From: Marsupella aquatica
Lineage: Eukaryota > Plantae > Marchantiophyta
Assembly: GCA_973895155.1 (NCBI GenBank)
Contig: OZ316894.1
Location: 14,399,680 to 14,463,679 of the forward strand
Direction of reading: 5' to 3'
Length of the DNA stretch: 64,000 nt
Program-made: the position numbers and the translations under genes
The notes under the pieces: generated by a model
Told to the model about the DNA's origin: nothing
What the model saw: the letters and a program-made list of their open reading frames with translations, nothing else
Database searches by the model: none
Part shown: positions 1-14,795 of the stretch, in pieces
Layout of the letters: every line of letters starts with the position of its first letter
Position numbering within the stretch: position 1 is the stretch's first letter

Positions 1-471
1 AGCACGGAGAGAGAGACCTCCAACAAGGAAGGATTATCTTAGTAAGTCTTAGGGCCATCTTGCATGTGTGGGTCTTTAAGTGGTCAGGTGGCTCCTTTGG
101 AATGAGCGAGAGTTTCCTGCCTCACCCCCCCCCCCCCCACACTTGAGCCCAGTATTCACCGCTATAATGGTGGAGTTTCAAGGGCAACAGCTGGACACTT
201 TCCGCCCTTAGGTCCTGTCCTTTGAAATCAAATAGAACAGACAGATTGAACAAGAAATGACAAAAAAGCACACACAAGAAAAAGATTAAGCAGCAATCTC
301 GCAATTTAGGGAGTGCAAAGGTCCGATTTTTGGAAGACCTCATACGTGCAAGACAGCTATTATTTAGTAAACATTTTAGGTGCGGAAACGTCGCGACTCA
401 ATAATAAAGCTTGGCGAAAGTAGCGACTACTGAGATGACATACCCGACCAATTCTTCTACGATTTTGAAAA

Positions 472-611
472 GAGCGCGTGTTTGTCTTTAGGGAACTACA
501 ATCCGTAAGGGAAGACAAAGGCGTTTCAGTTCGGTCCGGGAGCGCGTGTTTGTCGTATCTTTGGGGAACTACAGTCCGAAGGGAAGACAAAGGCGTTTCT
601 GTTCGTTCGGG
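472..611. repeat. Imperfect tandem duplication of about 70 bp
   Basis: The string gagcgcgtgtttgtc...gggaactaca.tccg.agggaagacaaaggcgtttc.gttcg.tc.ggg occurs twice in a row. Confidence 0.8.
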
Positions 612-1878
612 GTAAGTTGCGGATTCGTGTAAAACCAGCCCAGGAAGGAGCATATCGCACAATGTATGAGTGGGTTGATTTCAAAAAAATGTCAAGTGAT
701 ACTAGCCAATGACATTTAGATGATTGCCAATGTTCTATGAAGGTTGGAAATACGTGCCTGGTCCTTCCGAGCGTTGAGATCGACTTTGGCACCGACTGAC
801 GATTGCGATGCGAATAGGGGGGTGGCGCTCGATCAGGGTATTGAATCTGAACAGCCCCTGCCGTAGTTTTGCAAGTTTCTCGTAAATCTTCTCTTCTTCT
901 CAGCGAGTTACTCCTGCGACCTTCCTTTTGAAGATTCGTTTTCTTGGTCATAGTCAATTGAGTATCCTCTGTCCAGCACCGGGGCCTTCCCAGCTGAGAT
1001 ACACAATCCTCTGTTCGGGGGTTTGGAGGGAATTGTGATTGAATTACGGTAGGCTGCAATCTCCCCCCCTCGGCTCGCGAGAAAAGATTAGGTCACAGAT
1101 TCGCCGTTAATGTTGTGCTCTAGGATGTTTGTCATCAGAGCTTTCCTTTGCTACTGGCTGAACAATGAATGATACCGTGGTACATTTGGAATCGAAGGTG
1201 CTGCTCGTGTGGTGTTAACATAGTACTCGCTCTTACTCGGTGTTCCTATTCTCAAGGCTTGGTACTGGACCTTAGGGTTAGGCCGAGCATTCTATTTGCC
1301 GAACTTCCGAACAGTTGCGAAGTACTTCCCTCATAGGCCGACGTCAAGTTTGTTGTATGGCTTGGGCACAGTTTACCCGGTGAGGGTTGCTTCACGAGTT
1401 GCAGATATCCCAGTTTTTAATTGCAGAGTTCCACTTTGAAAGAAGTGGCGAGTGGAGGTTTAGTTGACCTTACATCGCGTGTATGGTTGTATCTCTGGCC
1501 AGTGTTTCAAGGTCTCTTTGTGTTGGTCTAGAGACGCGAATGCTGTAAGTTTGATCATAATTGTTGTGCACTTTGTGTCCGCAGAACTACGTGACTCTTT
1601 GGAAGTTCTAGACCGACGCCAATAATTTTTCTCTCACATCATAGCCATAGGAAGGAGTTCGTATACTCATGACCCTCTACTAGGGAGCGGTATGTAGTTG
1701 GAATCTAAGCATGTGAAGCCCTGTACGCTTGTGTGGATTTACAGTTTTTTTTTATGCCGTGGCGTCAACATCTGCGCTCCAAGATATTTTTAAATCGCCG
1801 TTTACATGGAAGTCCTTTCGGGCCTTCTTTGATCCATCTTCTTTTTAATACCTTCGTGGCGATTTGCAGGCCTGAAGA

Positions 1879-4800
1879 ATGGAAGGAAGTACAGATCGTG
1901 CATTTCACTGGGTGACTCTAGCATTGGCAGCTGGACTTGCAGCGGGAACTGCAGCTGCTGTAACATCAGCCGCATTTCCGTATGCTTTTGGGGCAGCCTT
2001 CACTGTGTTGCGGTCTAAGAGAAAGAAAGAACAGCGAGAGCACCGTCACCGCTCTAAGGCCGAAAAGGTTAAAAGGACAACCAGTAAGCCGAAAGAAGGT
2101 CAAGCTTACAGAGCCGCAATACGGAGCGGTCTCTTAAATTGGAAAGACATAGATGTTACTTTTGAAAAATTTCCGTATTTTGTTAAGTAAGTAGCTATTC
2201 CATGTCCCCCTTATTTTACTAATAAAACCTAGTGATTTCGATGCTCAAAATCGATAGAAGGACTCGTGTTTTTCTCGAAAGAATTTGGCTGATTGGAAGT
2301 CAAGGAACGTTTCTTTCAGTTGAGTTCGATGGGAATGGGTCTCACTTGGATCGTCAGTTTCTATCTGTGAGCTTCAACCATTTGGTCGTTAATAAGTTTG
2401 CTTGAGCTTAGTCAGTAAAGTTCACTCGTTTACGAATTGACGACAATGAATGGAAGTTCTCAAAGCATCTGGGGCATCCGCCTCTACGTGAAGTGGAAAA
2501 TGATATTCTTGTTCTGTTTGACAGTGACAATACAAAATCTGCACTTCTAGATTCCATGTATGTTTATCTCAAGCGACCAGAATTTACGAAGTACACAGCT
2601 GATCTCACGTCTGTGAGCCCACGAATTCTTCTTACAGGTCCAACAGGTCTGTTCATGTCTGGAACTACTTTCTATTGCACCATCTTGTGTACTCGTACGA
2701 CCATATTTGTGGGATTTGCTGTTAGTGAAGTATGGACGATCTGTTTTTCTTTCTTGTCGTGACTTAGTCAGTTTTAAGCATCAGTGGTGGTTTTTATTGT
2801 TTGGGAGTGGTAGGTGTAATTCAGACCACCGTGACTAACGTAGTAGTCCTGCTGTACCCAAATATTGTGGCCGGTATCTAATTTTGTTTGTCTCCGTTGT
2901 AAGTGTCATCTCGATTCTGAGAGTCAGAAGATCAAATATGTCCTCTTAGTTTCAGCATGGTTGTATGGAAACTTTTTAGGGTCCGAAATATATCAAGAAC
3001 ATTTGGTGAAAGGGTTGGCTCATCAGTTACAGGTCAATTTATTGATATTTGACAGCACACGGGTTTCCTTGGAGGTATGGCTTAAATGTTACCCTGTGTT
3101 CCATGACTCAATTGCAATAAAAGAGAATTTTGTCGAAATTCTAGACCGTTTGGAATTCTTTACCTATTTTTCTCCACGTATTTGTGGAGTTCTCATTCAA
3201 ATATGAGGCTGGTTTAAGGGCATGTCTGTTTTGTTCCGGCTCTTGTTTGACCTCGGATGCTTTATGCAATGTTTCTTGGCATCTGACTGCGATCATAGTT
3301 TGAAAGTATTCTCTACCACGATCCTGCGCTCTTAAAGTTGCATTAATGAACTCACGTACACATAGTTTGCTCTTTGCTCTCCTTTGGCATGCTTTCACAT
3401 TAAAGTAACCTGCATTTTGGAGCTTACCTATTCAGGCCAGTGAGTCAGTTCCAGGAAGTTTGGAAAGGATTGCAGAGGGTTCATCAGCGGCAAACCAGCT
3501 CTCAACAGACGCATCTGTCGAGCTACCCGTGGATGCCAGTCCTAATGACATGAAGGATTTGGTATGAATAAAAATCTCTCCACCGTTGTTTGCACACAAA
3601 ATTTCCAGTTTTATCTGCAGTGTAATTCCCACTCCTTACAATTTCTTTATCCTGGCACTTGTGCCAATCGATTCTCTCCGTCCCCTTTTCCGATTCGGAT
3701 CTGTCGATTTTTCCAATTTAATCCCGTTTCTGACCCCGCATCCTCAAAGAGGGTAGGGCGTATCAGTATTGCAACTGGGCCAAGGTAGACGACGATCATG
3801 ACCTCCTCCACACTTGTGGTGGAACTATATCGCAGTTTTTTGGCCACGGCGACTGTAAATGACTGTCTTAGGACTTTCTCGTCTATGAAAACTAGGCCTG
3901 TGTAAGGAATGGCAGCCGTTCCTAACAACAGAGCATATTTTAATGAAAAGTTAGCGGGTTTAATAACTCTATTTCCTAATTGTTAGTTTCAAGGATTGCA
4001 CACATGCAACTATTTTTCCTAGATAGTTGGAAAGGTCTTAGTTCTGAGACCATGGTTCACGTAGCTGGAATGCATCTAACACCAGGAGCGTCATGAGTTC
4101 CGATAAATTTCATTTGTCTTAGCGACAAATTGCAGGTAATAGAAAAGATGTTCTTAGAATTTTTTGTAGGAAGATAATCTCGTTCTTTTTTCTGACTCTC
4201 CCAATACTAACTGGATTTGCAGGGCAGCAGCGATTGCCTGTCATCTTCTTCTGATGGAAAGCCGGAGACTCTGAAGGCATTGAGAAGTACATCTATGCTT
4301 GCGCATTCGAAAGACGTGGACACAGATGCAGCGCAGGTGGCGCCACTACCCCAGTTACGATCTAAAAGCAAAGGAGAAGCCCATTTAGATGCGAATTCCT
4401 TGGTCACAGTTGTTGCTGCAGCTGCCACTGCAGCCTCAACTTCAACTACAGTGGATTCTCGGCGCTTGCTCAAGAAAGGTGAGGAAATATTTTGCCTCAC
4501 TTATTTTTCTTGTTTGGACGAAGGCCAGCATATGTGTGGAAAGTTATTTAGACGTGCTCTGCGTCGTAATTTATTACTATCTCATCGATGAGTGAATGAG
4601 ACCTCTGATGACCTCCACCCAGGAGAAGGTATTCAAGGAGCTATTTTTTAGGGTTATGAGCTAAATGAAATTTACAACTCACGATGCTTGCAGAAGTAGT
4701 TAAACTCTAGTTTTACTACTTCTGGAGGCCCTGTTTGTAAAGGACCTAAAATGGGAGAAAATGAATGAACTGCTGTGACGTCTACTTTAACGTCCAACAG

Positions 4801-7800
4801 GGATATGGGACATGGAGTACAAAACAGGCAAGAAGCCAAAAGAAGTACTCAATATTATTAAAGGAACTGAATTGACGTAAATTGAAGCAGAGCCAATCAT
4901 AGGCGCAAGTATGAGCCGGAAACCAGATATGCTTCTATTCTTTCCATTTTCCATCAGATTAATTACTTCCATATATTAAGAGGTACTTTTGGAAGAGAGC
5001 CGAAGTTTCTGTATTTGGAATTCCTCGATACCTTTTATTTGCATTAGTGCCTAATTTAGGCGTCGAAGGAGATCAATATGTTGTTTTGACCAGATTCTTG
5101 AAAAGCATGACTTGGGCAAGGTGGTAAGACGGATAGGAGAGATGTAGGGATCCGTCATTCGCGGTAGGGATGGATATGTTCTTTCTTTGATTTTTGAGCA
5201 AGTTTCTGTACAACTTCCTGGTGCAGATCATTAACAGTTATATTTGTGGAGGGCACTTCAATAAATTAGAGTGCCGTGATTGTTTATGCAGTATCTTGAG
5301 TTGATATCTTGAGCTTGCTTTCTTTGTCATCTTGTAATAGAATTAGCTTTGAGGGCCTTGTTGATATCAACGGAGTGGATGAGGGGAACTAGAACTTCTA
5401 TGCGAGTTTGTTCTGCAGCCTTGTGAATGGCAATAAGAATGTGAATCACAAAACAAGGGATCTCATTTTCTTTGTTGCGGGTCAGATATGCCAATTCGCT
5501 GTACTCTGCATGTGAAGGTGATCGTGTTAAGTATGTGGGTACTTCTATTGGCGGAGCTTCTGGAGGGGTAGTTGTCTTGAACCACGGGGGCCCTACTGGG
5601 TAAGTATGCAAATCTGTTGTTTAGATACTATTGAAATCTTGATTGTGTTATGCCCAATTTTGTTTCGCAGAACAATTTTCCGTCATGGTTTTTCCTTAAA
5701 AGTTGACACATGTCGGATGTGTTTCTCAGCCTCAAAAGAAGCTGTTAAGTCGCTTGACAAATTTTCATTAGTATGCAAACTTTTGCTTATACTCCAATTC
5801 GTATTGAATCTTAATTATTAAGTTTCTGAGTCTAATATTTGGCCCAGTAGTTTCGTGACCAGCTCAGTAGAGTTTTATAGTGAGACAGTTATTTGCTTTC
5901 TTGTTTACCCAGAAATGGAAAGTCCGTCCCTTGTCTGGGGTCGAGACCTTCAATTAAGCAGAGTCTTCCGCATATAATTGACTTTCGAGGTTATCAAGGA
6001 GCTAATTTTTTGGAGCGCTCTTGTACTGTTTTTGTATACTGAAGCAGAGGGCCTGCGATAGGGGCAAGAGGTCGGGTGCTGGTTATGCTCGAGGAGAATC
6101 CCAACAAAGCAGGGGTCCGTTTTGACAAACCAGTGTACGGTGGGAACAATCTAGTGGATCTATGTGAAGATGGCCACGGGTTTTTCTGCAATGGTATGAT
6201 CTTGATGCAAATGTTAACATCTCCAGTCTTCTTCCAATCCTGCGTAAATGCTTGTTGTCATATATCTCCAAAGTACGTTCTGATTCGTTGGGTTGTTTTG
6301 TCAACGTAATCTAGTTACTCATTTCCTGTTAGTTTATGGGAAACCAACTACGAGGAGGTAAATCCCAGGGAGATGGTCCGCTGTTTCAATATTCGTCCAT
6401 AGAACTCGAATGATTTCGGTCTATGCTATCCGAATTGATAAATGAATTATTATTTTTAGTCTGCCGTCCCTATGGAAGTTGGAAAGAAAGTACAAGGTCG
6501 CAGAAGCTAGAATAAGTTAATTCTGATTCAAGAATTCATCACTTCGATCTGCTCAAGAGAAAGTCTCCTCCAACATTAACATTAAACTGGCCGATTACAG
6601 TTAATTCTTCGTGAGATAAGGTACATGAGGAGGATCTGGAGTCATGCTGATAGTGCCATATAGCGAATCTTCCCCCTATTACCTAGACAATACTGTTTAC
6701 CTAGTAGTAAACTACCATGTGGATACTTGTCATCCAATCCCCAAATCTTACGTTTCTGGACTGGATGAAATTGCTAGTATTGGGGTGCTTGGATCTAAGA
6801 CTATTCTCGTTGCATCGTGCCTGTACTGTCCTCCACTCTTTACTTGCGAATGATGTTCTTCCCACATAGTTCACACCAGACCGGAGAGTGGTTGGACATA
6901 CCGATGTCGTTGTCATGCAAGTCGGAGAACCTGCGTTAGGCTTATCATTTCATAACGCTCTCTCAAGGAATCAGATTAGGGAAGGTCCCGTTGAGTAATA
7001 TTTACCTCCACCAAGAGTCCGGTCTCATATTAATTTCTGCAGGAATCCCCATCAACACTAAATTGCTGTTGGCCAAATAGCAAGTATAGCCAGAGTTCTG
7101 ATAGTCAAGGTCATTTTTAGACCTCATCGCAAGAAGAGACTTTACGTCCTTGAGAACAGCTTGAAAAATCTAATGAGCTGCAATGAAATGGGGACTCGAT
7201 CCATCAGATCTGAATGGAGCAAGTTCTTTTAGTGTGTCCTGGAAAGGCTGTTTTGATACCTGGTCCCAACGTTACACTTATGAATACGTGGACGTATTGG
7301 TCTGGCGTTTTATTTTTCTACCTGGCTGTAAAGGGTCAGCTCTGAGATTGTAGTTGAAAGAAGAGCAGACCTCTTGGTCTCTCATGAACCTTTAATTTCT
7401 ATTGACCCTCGCTGTTTTTATTTGTCTACCTTTGACAATGACTTTAGTTGTTGTTGAACAGCACATAATTCTCTAGAACTTTCGACGTCGTCAAGATCTG
7501 ATCGGCGGAGTCCTGTATCCAGTTTCCTTAGCTCACAATTACAGCCAGCATGAATCAGCAGAGCCCATTCGACTGCGTCATAGTTGAACCCCATTGCAAA
7601 ATTCGGTACTCTTTTACTTTAGGGCACTTCCGAGAACCATCGAGATAAAGAAGAGGAGAGTGGGAAACTGCAATTTTGTCCATTTCAATTGTCGTAAGAA
7701 TGCAACCCATGAATTGATTTATTGGAATTAGTAACAATTTTATTTCTGTTGATACTGGCAACCTCTCCAAATATCTCTTGTACAATCTGAATACCAGGAT

Positions 7801-10800
7801 AATTTACTTTGGCTACTTTCTGCAAAGCTTTCCCAGAGTCACAAAAGTGGGTGGAAAATAAGAGGGCACAATGAACAACAGAAATGAAGATTTTTCGTTC
7901 CCCACCAGATGGCTCTCCCGATCCAATGTATAGTTGCAGAAACCCATGAACTGAGTTAGTGGAATAGTTGCGTGGGTGGACTGATCCACGTCGAAATCTA
8001 GCCCCGTCAAAACTCACGTCATACTGGTACTGTTTTGCACAATCTAGGAGCTATATATCGGACTGCGTACAACACCATTCCAGACTTGAATTCCCAATAC
8101 GCCATATATTGTTTGGGCCGCGTTGTTTTTTGAAAAAATAAATAATTCGTTTGAGAAAGAAGATCAAGCGAAGGACGAAAAGAAACTCATTATTTGTAAT
8201 TACCAGCTAGGGCTTCTAACTCTCTCAAAAGAGTTCATCCGCAAGTATAACATCAGAATCCCTACTGAAAGTTTTCTAGAGCTATCTGATTTATGTCGTC
8301 AATAGCCCCCATTCTCGCTGGAAACCGACAATATTGGAGAGCCCCGTATCTTCATGCGATTTCCTACTCATGTGAACTGAGGCTCTTTTCGTTTTCCAAA
8401 ACGTTCTTGAAGTTGGTTTCGCCTGTTTTCACCGAGGTTTATTCGACTATTAGTAGACATTTACATTCCAAATCGTGTATTGGAATTCCTGATAATATCT
8501 CAGTGTTTGCTCAATTCTATAATTTGGCCATTACCATCGTTCCTACAGTCCGTCCGTGTATTAGTAAAGAGCATGGTTTTAGAGAATTTCATTTGTTGTG
8601 CTCAGGTACAATTTGTTTGCTTGCCTGACAGCTTCCAACAAATCTATCATGCAGTGACGGAGCTTCGTTTGGAAAATTCTCCAGGTGAAGATGCAGACAA
8701 ACTTGTGTTGGATTCTTTGCTTGAGGTACGTGGCTTAGAGATTACTGCAGTTTCCTTTCTGGTGTTTCACTTTAAAGCGTTCAAGCTATTAGACATTTAG
8801 GTGCAAGCCGTTTGGTAACATATAATTTCTAACGCAGGTGTTATTAGTTGAAGCTTCAAAGGAGCCACTGATTCTCTTCATGAAGAACGTGGAGAAGTCA
8901 ATTATTGGTAACTTTGAGCGGTACATGAAGCTGGAACGTCTGGAAAAAACTGATGCTAGGCTCGTAGTCATTGGGTCACATACATCAGATCTTCAGAAGG
9001 AGAAGGTATCGCTGTTCTCACTTTGTATGCAGCTCGACTTTAGACCTCGAATCTGTTGGTTTTGACCTGTGTGTTTCAAATCAAGATGAATTTAGTCTGA
9101 GGAGTTTTCTTTTTGGTGCAGGGCAGTTCTGGATCTTCAGCCTCGCAGAAATTGGGAAACAATTTTACAGCCCTCTTAGATATCTCATTTCTGGTTAGCT
9201 TGTTGGTTTCCTCTTTCTCGTTCTCGTCCCTTTCATATTATTTTTGTAGGTTATTCACCATGTTTCTTTCTTGTTATTTCTTGGTTGTCTCTTTCCAGAC
9301 CTTCATGTAGTGATTATGCTGAATATATTTGTCTATTTATGTTAATACAGTACTTTCTATGCTTGGATCAGTCGTCGACATTTCCGCATCTCTTTGTTAA
9401 TATTTGCAATTGTTGCAGGATCATCTCGCATCACGTATGGAGGACTACAAAGGAGACGGTCCAAAAGCTTCAAAGATGCTTTTGAAACTTTTTCCGACAA
9501 AGATACACGTGCAGCAACCCCAGGTACCTACTAATTACAGTAAGTAACAGACAGATTAGTTGATGGGAAAACGTCGTACTGCACAGCCTAGATTTAGAAT
9601 TAAGAACGTTTTTAAGTGTTTCCTTTGTACCGGTTTTTCTTTTCTGTTGTGTATTTGTGGCATTTGGCTAATAGTGTGGTCACTCCGGTGATTGAGATGC
9701 ACAAAGAGTTATTTTGGATTTTTAGTAAACATTACTTATTTGACAGTTTGCTTATAGTATGGGATACCATTCTTTGGTTCTTCTCATCGTTTACTCAGTC
9801 ATTGGCAAAGCTGACTCATGTCTTATACCTGTGAGATTTCTTGAAAAGGAGGTATCAGGAGGCCTGTGAGTAAGGGGTACAATTCTTGTCAATCGTAGCA
9901 TTACTTACAGTGGCTGTTTCTTTGAATGCGATTGGTCGTTCGGAATACTCTTGCAATGGCAACACAGGTCTGATGACTGCAAATTGCTCCTACTGTTTGT
10001 TCCAGGAGGAAAGCCAATTGCTGGAGTGGAATCAGCAACTTGAGCAGGACACCGAGAAACTCAAGGCTGAGACTAACAGGCAGCAGCTTCGCATGGTTTG
10101 TGCCTTCTCTTCCGGTCTAATCTGTGCTGGATATTACTTCAAAAGTTGAACTTCTGAACTTGTGGCGGCTCATCTCATCAGTTTGTTTTGACTGGATAGA
10201 GGTGAGGTGTTCAGTCTTCAAATTTGATCAGGATCAAGTGCGTCCTAAGGTAGGATAAAATCTATGTAGAACGAGAAGGACTTCCCCAGAAATAAAGATC
10301 TGCCTACATAGATCCGAAGAAGATTGATACATTACAGAATGAAGAAACAATGTACATAAGATCTACATAGTCCGGAGTCAGGTCTTGGTTCCTCTCAGGA
10401 ACTCACGAACAGCAGTTTCCTCTTTAGGTAGGAGGAACAGAGTCCTAGTGAGATGTCCAGGGCCTCACTCTCCAGCAATGAGGGAATCCTAGGGACATCT
10501 GGAATTTCACTGGACAGCTTTGGAGCTTTGAACTTGGTTAACTTATACGCCCCGAGGTGACTACCTACTACAACAGCACTATTGACTGAACAAAGACTGG
10601 CAGATCAGATGCGATTAGAGACAGACCGTCGGCCTTAATATGAAAGCTGGTAGGAAAGGATCTATAAATTCATCCCTGTGAATTCCTAGCAAAACTTAGC
10701 TTAAACAAAAATAAATCAACTATCTTTTAACCTTGTTACACGTCTGCAGTCCAGGACGTAGCCCATCGACTTGAGGTCATATGTACAATATGTAGCTCTA

Positions 10801-13800
10801 ACATCTGTTCTTTACAGGTCATGGGAGCTTCGAGTGTTGAATGCCATGATCTGTCAAATATTGAAGTCCGGACGCATGTCTTGACACATGACAGTAAGTG
10901 CATGGTTCTAATGAAATTTCTAATTCCCACTTGACAGTTGTCGTTTTTTGCCTTTTACCGACGTGAAAGCTGATCCATAACTCGGGATGGACTTACTGTT
11001 CCTAATAGTGGAGTGTACAAATGATTATGTGGTTTTGCAAGCTGGAGCTACCCACTGGTCTACATCAAAAGTGAATCCTTTCAGTTGGTGAGGGGGTAGG
11101 ACGGTGGAGGTGTTGGTCATTTTATGATGCTTTCATTGATTGGCAGTGGCAGAGAAGGTGGTAGGTTGGGGTATAAGCCATCACTTGCAGACAAATCATG
11201 ACACTGTTTTCAATAATGGGAAGCTTGTGATAGGAGCTGAAAGGTGAGTCTGTTTACATTGCTGCTGTGATAGATTCAGAGGAAACCTCATTGTCTTTGA
11301 ATTATTGTTCAGAGGTTTTACTAAGAAGCTTGGACAATTTTTTTCCTTCCTAATTTTGGACTGTCTGAGGATATCTCTTGCAGTTTACAACACAGTCTTC
11401 AAGAACTTCAGTCACTACAACGGGGTAGTTCTCCTCGAAAGAAAAACCTTAAGGTGTGAAGATCTTGATATAGCTCTCAAGTCATCTGTGTAATGAACAT
11501 CGTTGTAGGTTTATACAGGAGAACTATCGCTTCCAGCAGGTTCGTGAGGACTACTGCAAGTTAGAATTGGGTGCTTCGTTCCCACTAGAAGAAATAAGTT
11601 TGAAGGCTTGGTACTGATCTCGGACAGTGAAACAGGATGTGATTTGTGACAACGAATTTGAGAAGATGCTACTTCCCGAGGTTATCCCACCGGATGAACT
11701 TGGGGTGACTTTTGATCATATTGGGGCTCTTGACAATGTGAAGGAGACATTACGAGAGTTAGTAATGCTTCCTCTTCAACGACCAGAGCTGTTTGTCAAG
11801 GGACAACTAACCAAGGTGATTTGATTTGATATTGATAGTTCTAAGTACGGGTTTGGACACAATCGATTGTGGGTACTCTCCTTTTTTGTGTTTTAGTCAT
11901 TGACCTAGATTGGAACGGCACCCTTTCGAAGATAACTATCTGCTGCTTGGTAGTCTCCATCCCATATTCCCGTGCTCCTTCCACCTATCGGCTTTCAAAT
12001 GAATTTCAATCTCGTAGTCTTTTAATGGAATCAGGCATGCTATCTGGGATCAACATATCTGAAAGCCAATCGAAGAGATGTTAAGAAGTCTGTCTTCTCG
12101 GACAAGTGGGTGAGGGACATTTCTCAAAACTTGTGGTACGGAAATAATGAAGCGGCCTGGTACGTAGTTATTCAGCTATTGGCGTGGCCAGCTGTAAGTC
12201 TACTGAGCAGCACAGTAACTTGACTTTGGCAGATATGAGAGACCTTGCACGAGCCCTTTTCAAAGTAACCGGCAGTATATCATCGTATTTTAAAAACCTT
12301 TTGAACTCATGTAGGAAATATCGGAAATTCCTTGTCCTCAGACTTTTGTGATCGCCGAGAACTTGCCACTTTTTGCTTTGTCTATTTGTTTCATCTGTTT
12401 AGACAGTTCTTGGCCATTTTCTTTTGAAGGTATTGTAATGGGTAGTGTTGGACTATCATGAAGAGATTCTACAGTGGTGAGTAACATCATGTCTGTCATT
12501 TTTTAAAGAAGGAACTCAAAGTCTGAAGGTGGGAGCCTAATCACTTCGCACTTACTGTTGTACTTCTAAATCGTTGTTGCTTATCTCGGTAACTTTTGGA
12601 GTTGTTGAGAACCGTAATTGAACCCTGGATGTATGATACTAACCATTTCATCCCTTTCAGCCTTGTAGAGGTCTTCTTCTGTTTGGGCCACCTGGTACTG
12701 GCAAGACAATGCTGGCGAAAGCAGTGGCAACAGAAGCTGGCGCAAATTTCATCAATATTTCAATGTCCACGATTGCATCAAAGGTAAAGTGCTAAATTCC
12801 ATAGAAATGGCATTCCTGCATGTTCTATTGGGTTGGACCCTTATTATGAAGTTGGGACATGTGTGTTGGCATTTTAGGTCGTCATGTGTGAGTTTCACTG
12901 ACGGTTTTAAAATTTTTGTTTTTCCACTCATGTATTGGAGTTTTCTGACTGTCATTTGCAGTGGTTTGGTGAAGCTGAGAAATATGTGAAGGCTGTATTT
13001 ACACTTGCAAGCAAGATTTCACCCAGTGTCATCTTCATAGATGAGGTATCTGGTCTGTCCTGTACTCCCACTTCTTGTACAGCAAACTTCAGAACCCCCT
13101 GTTTGCAGATACCTCACTCAGTCCATCGCTACTGACCATACGCTCTGTATTGCTAACATTTTTTAACTAGTTCTGAAGTTTGCTTGTTTGACTTGACAAG
13201 TTGGATACGTTCCCTGTTCTTTAGTATACAATATAACGTACTCAATATACTCTACATGCATGATGTGGCCCTTGGAAAGTATCCTATATATTGTCTTATC
13301 TATGACTCAGCTAGACTGAACGCGCTAAGTACATAAATTATGGGGTCCCTATAATGTTAAGGTGGACAGTATGCTAGGACGACGAGGCAAAGATACTGAG
13401 CACTCAGCCATGCGGAAGCTCAAAAATGAGTTCATGGGTAGCTGGGATGGATTACGTACCAGAGAAAAAGAAAGAGTTCTGGTTTTGGCAGCGACAAATC
13501 GTCCATTTGATCTCGATGAAGCTGTGATCAGGAGATTTCCTCGGAGGTCAGTATCTGTTGACCTTAAAACTATTTCAAGTCAATCGCCTCTTGCTATTCA
13601 TGCAAATTTAAATCTCGCTTGTTTTTCTTGCGAATTTAAAGGTCTCGCAATAAGGAGGAAGTGTTTACTTCTCGTATGCCCTCCAAACTGCATCTGTATT
13701 CTCTTGTCGTCCACACGGGCTCAAGGCGGTGTGTTGCAGGTTGATGATAGATCTTCCAGATGCTGAGAACAGAGCAAAAATTCTACGAGTCATTCTTGCT

Positions 13801-14795
13801 GAAGAGGATGTCTCATCCGACTTCAATGTGGACGAGCTTGCTGCTGCGACTGATGGTTATTCGGGCAGTGACTTGAAGGTATGGTTTATTTGTTTTTTGT
13901 TAATTTCTTTCAGGTCGAGGAATTGTATTTGACAAGACTCATCTGAAGTCTTTATTCTCCCTGTCCTCACAGAGTTTATGTACGACTGCTGCATATAGGC
14001 GCATCCGAGAGCTTTTGGACCAGGAAAAGAAGGTTTGCACCCTGTAGCTCCGAAAACTCATAGGGCATTCGTCAAAAGGAGCCTGAGAAGTGTTCGGGAT
14101 ACTCCAAAATGGGGTAGTTGTGTTGAGATTATTCTCTTTTCAGTTGGAAATATTTTAATTATCTGGAGAGCTATACAGAAAAAGTAACTTGCGGTTTTTA
14201 GTCTCCATCACCCAAACTACTGAATGTCTTTGGAGCAGGATACTGCAAAAGCAAAGGAAGAAGGTTTGGAGCTTCCCCTGTCAAAAGCAGGAGTAGTCCC
14301 CTATATCCGTCCTTTGAATATGGCAGATATGCGTCAGGCCATAGAAAAGGTATTTATGTTCAGTTTTACTTGATTCCCTTACGATCTATAATTTTTCTGA
14401 TACAAATGAGTGCATTTCATCTGAATACGAGGAGGTCCATCCTTGAATCATGAGACTGGCAGTTCACGTGAGGAGGTTGCATGGAGGGTATCTGTGACGG
14501 ATCTGGGTCTTTGTCTTCTCTCTTTTTCTTCGTATTATACATGAATAGTCTCTATGGGCATTGGATAACGACATTGACAAAGCTATCCTGATTCATTTTA
14601 CTTATGTAGTAGACTGCCCTGAAACGCTCAGGTTATTTTGCCTTATGAATGCCCGTAACTGTGGTACTGGTCATTGTTTAGGTTCGATCAAGTGTTTCTA
14701 CAGATGCAGGAAGTATGGTGGAGCTTCAGCAATGGAATGAGCAGTATGGAGAAGGAGGGACCAGGAAGAAAACCACATTAAGTTACTTTATGTGA
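1879..14795 (+). CDS. Plant AAA+ ATPase (Msp1/ATAD1/spastin-like clade, At4g02480/At1g62130-like), 23 exons, about 959 aa
   Basis: Exons read by hand with GT-AG borders: 1879-2186, 2525-2646, 2980-3074, 3436-3561, 4223-4478, 5518-5599, 6048-6193, 8655-8725, 8838-9005, 9122-9193, 9419-9523, 10006-10095, 10818-10893, 11147-11243, 11384-11453, 11636-11815, 12661-12783, 12962-13045, 13362-13546, 13740-13878, 13973-14032, 14239-14349, 14682-14795. They sum to 2880 nt, a multiple of 3. Motifs: [33 protein letters not shown], Walker A GPPGTGKT, Walker [22 protein letters not shown], and C-terminal [20 protein letters not shown]. Confidence 0.93.

Noticed and set aside
122-1059. Short ORFs and a poly-C run upstream of the AAA gene
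   Set aside because: No recognisable motifs or splice support; treated as promoter or UTR sequence.
6194-8654. ORFs inside the 2.5-kb intron 7 of the AAA gene
   Set aside because: No domain motifs, termini or TSD recognised.
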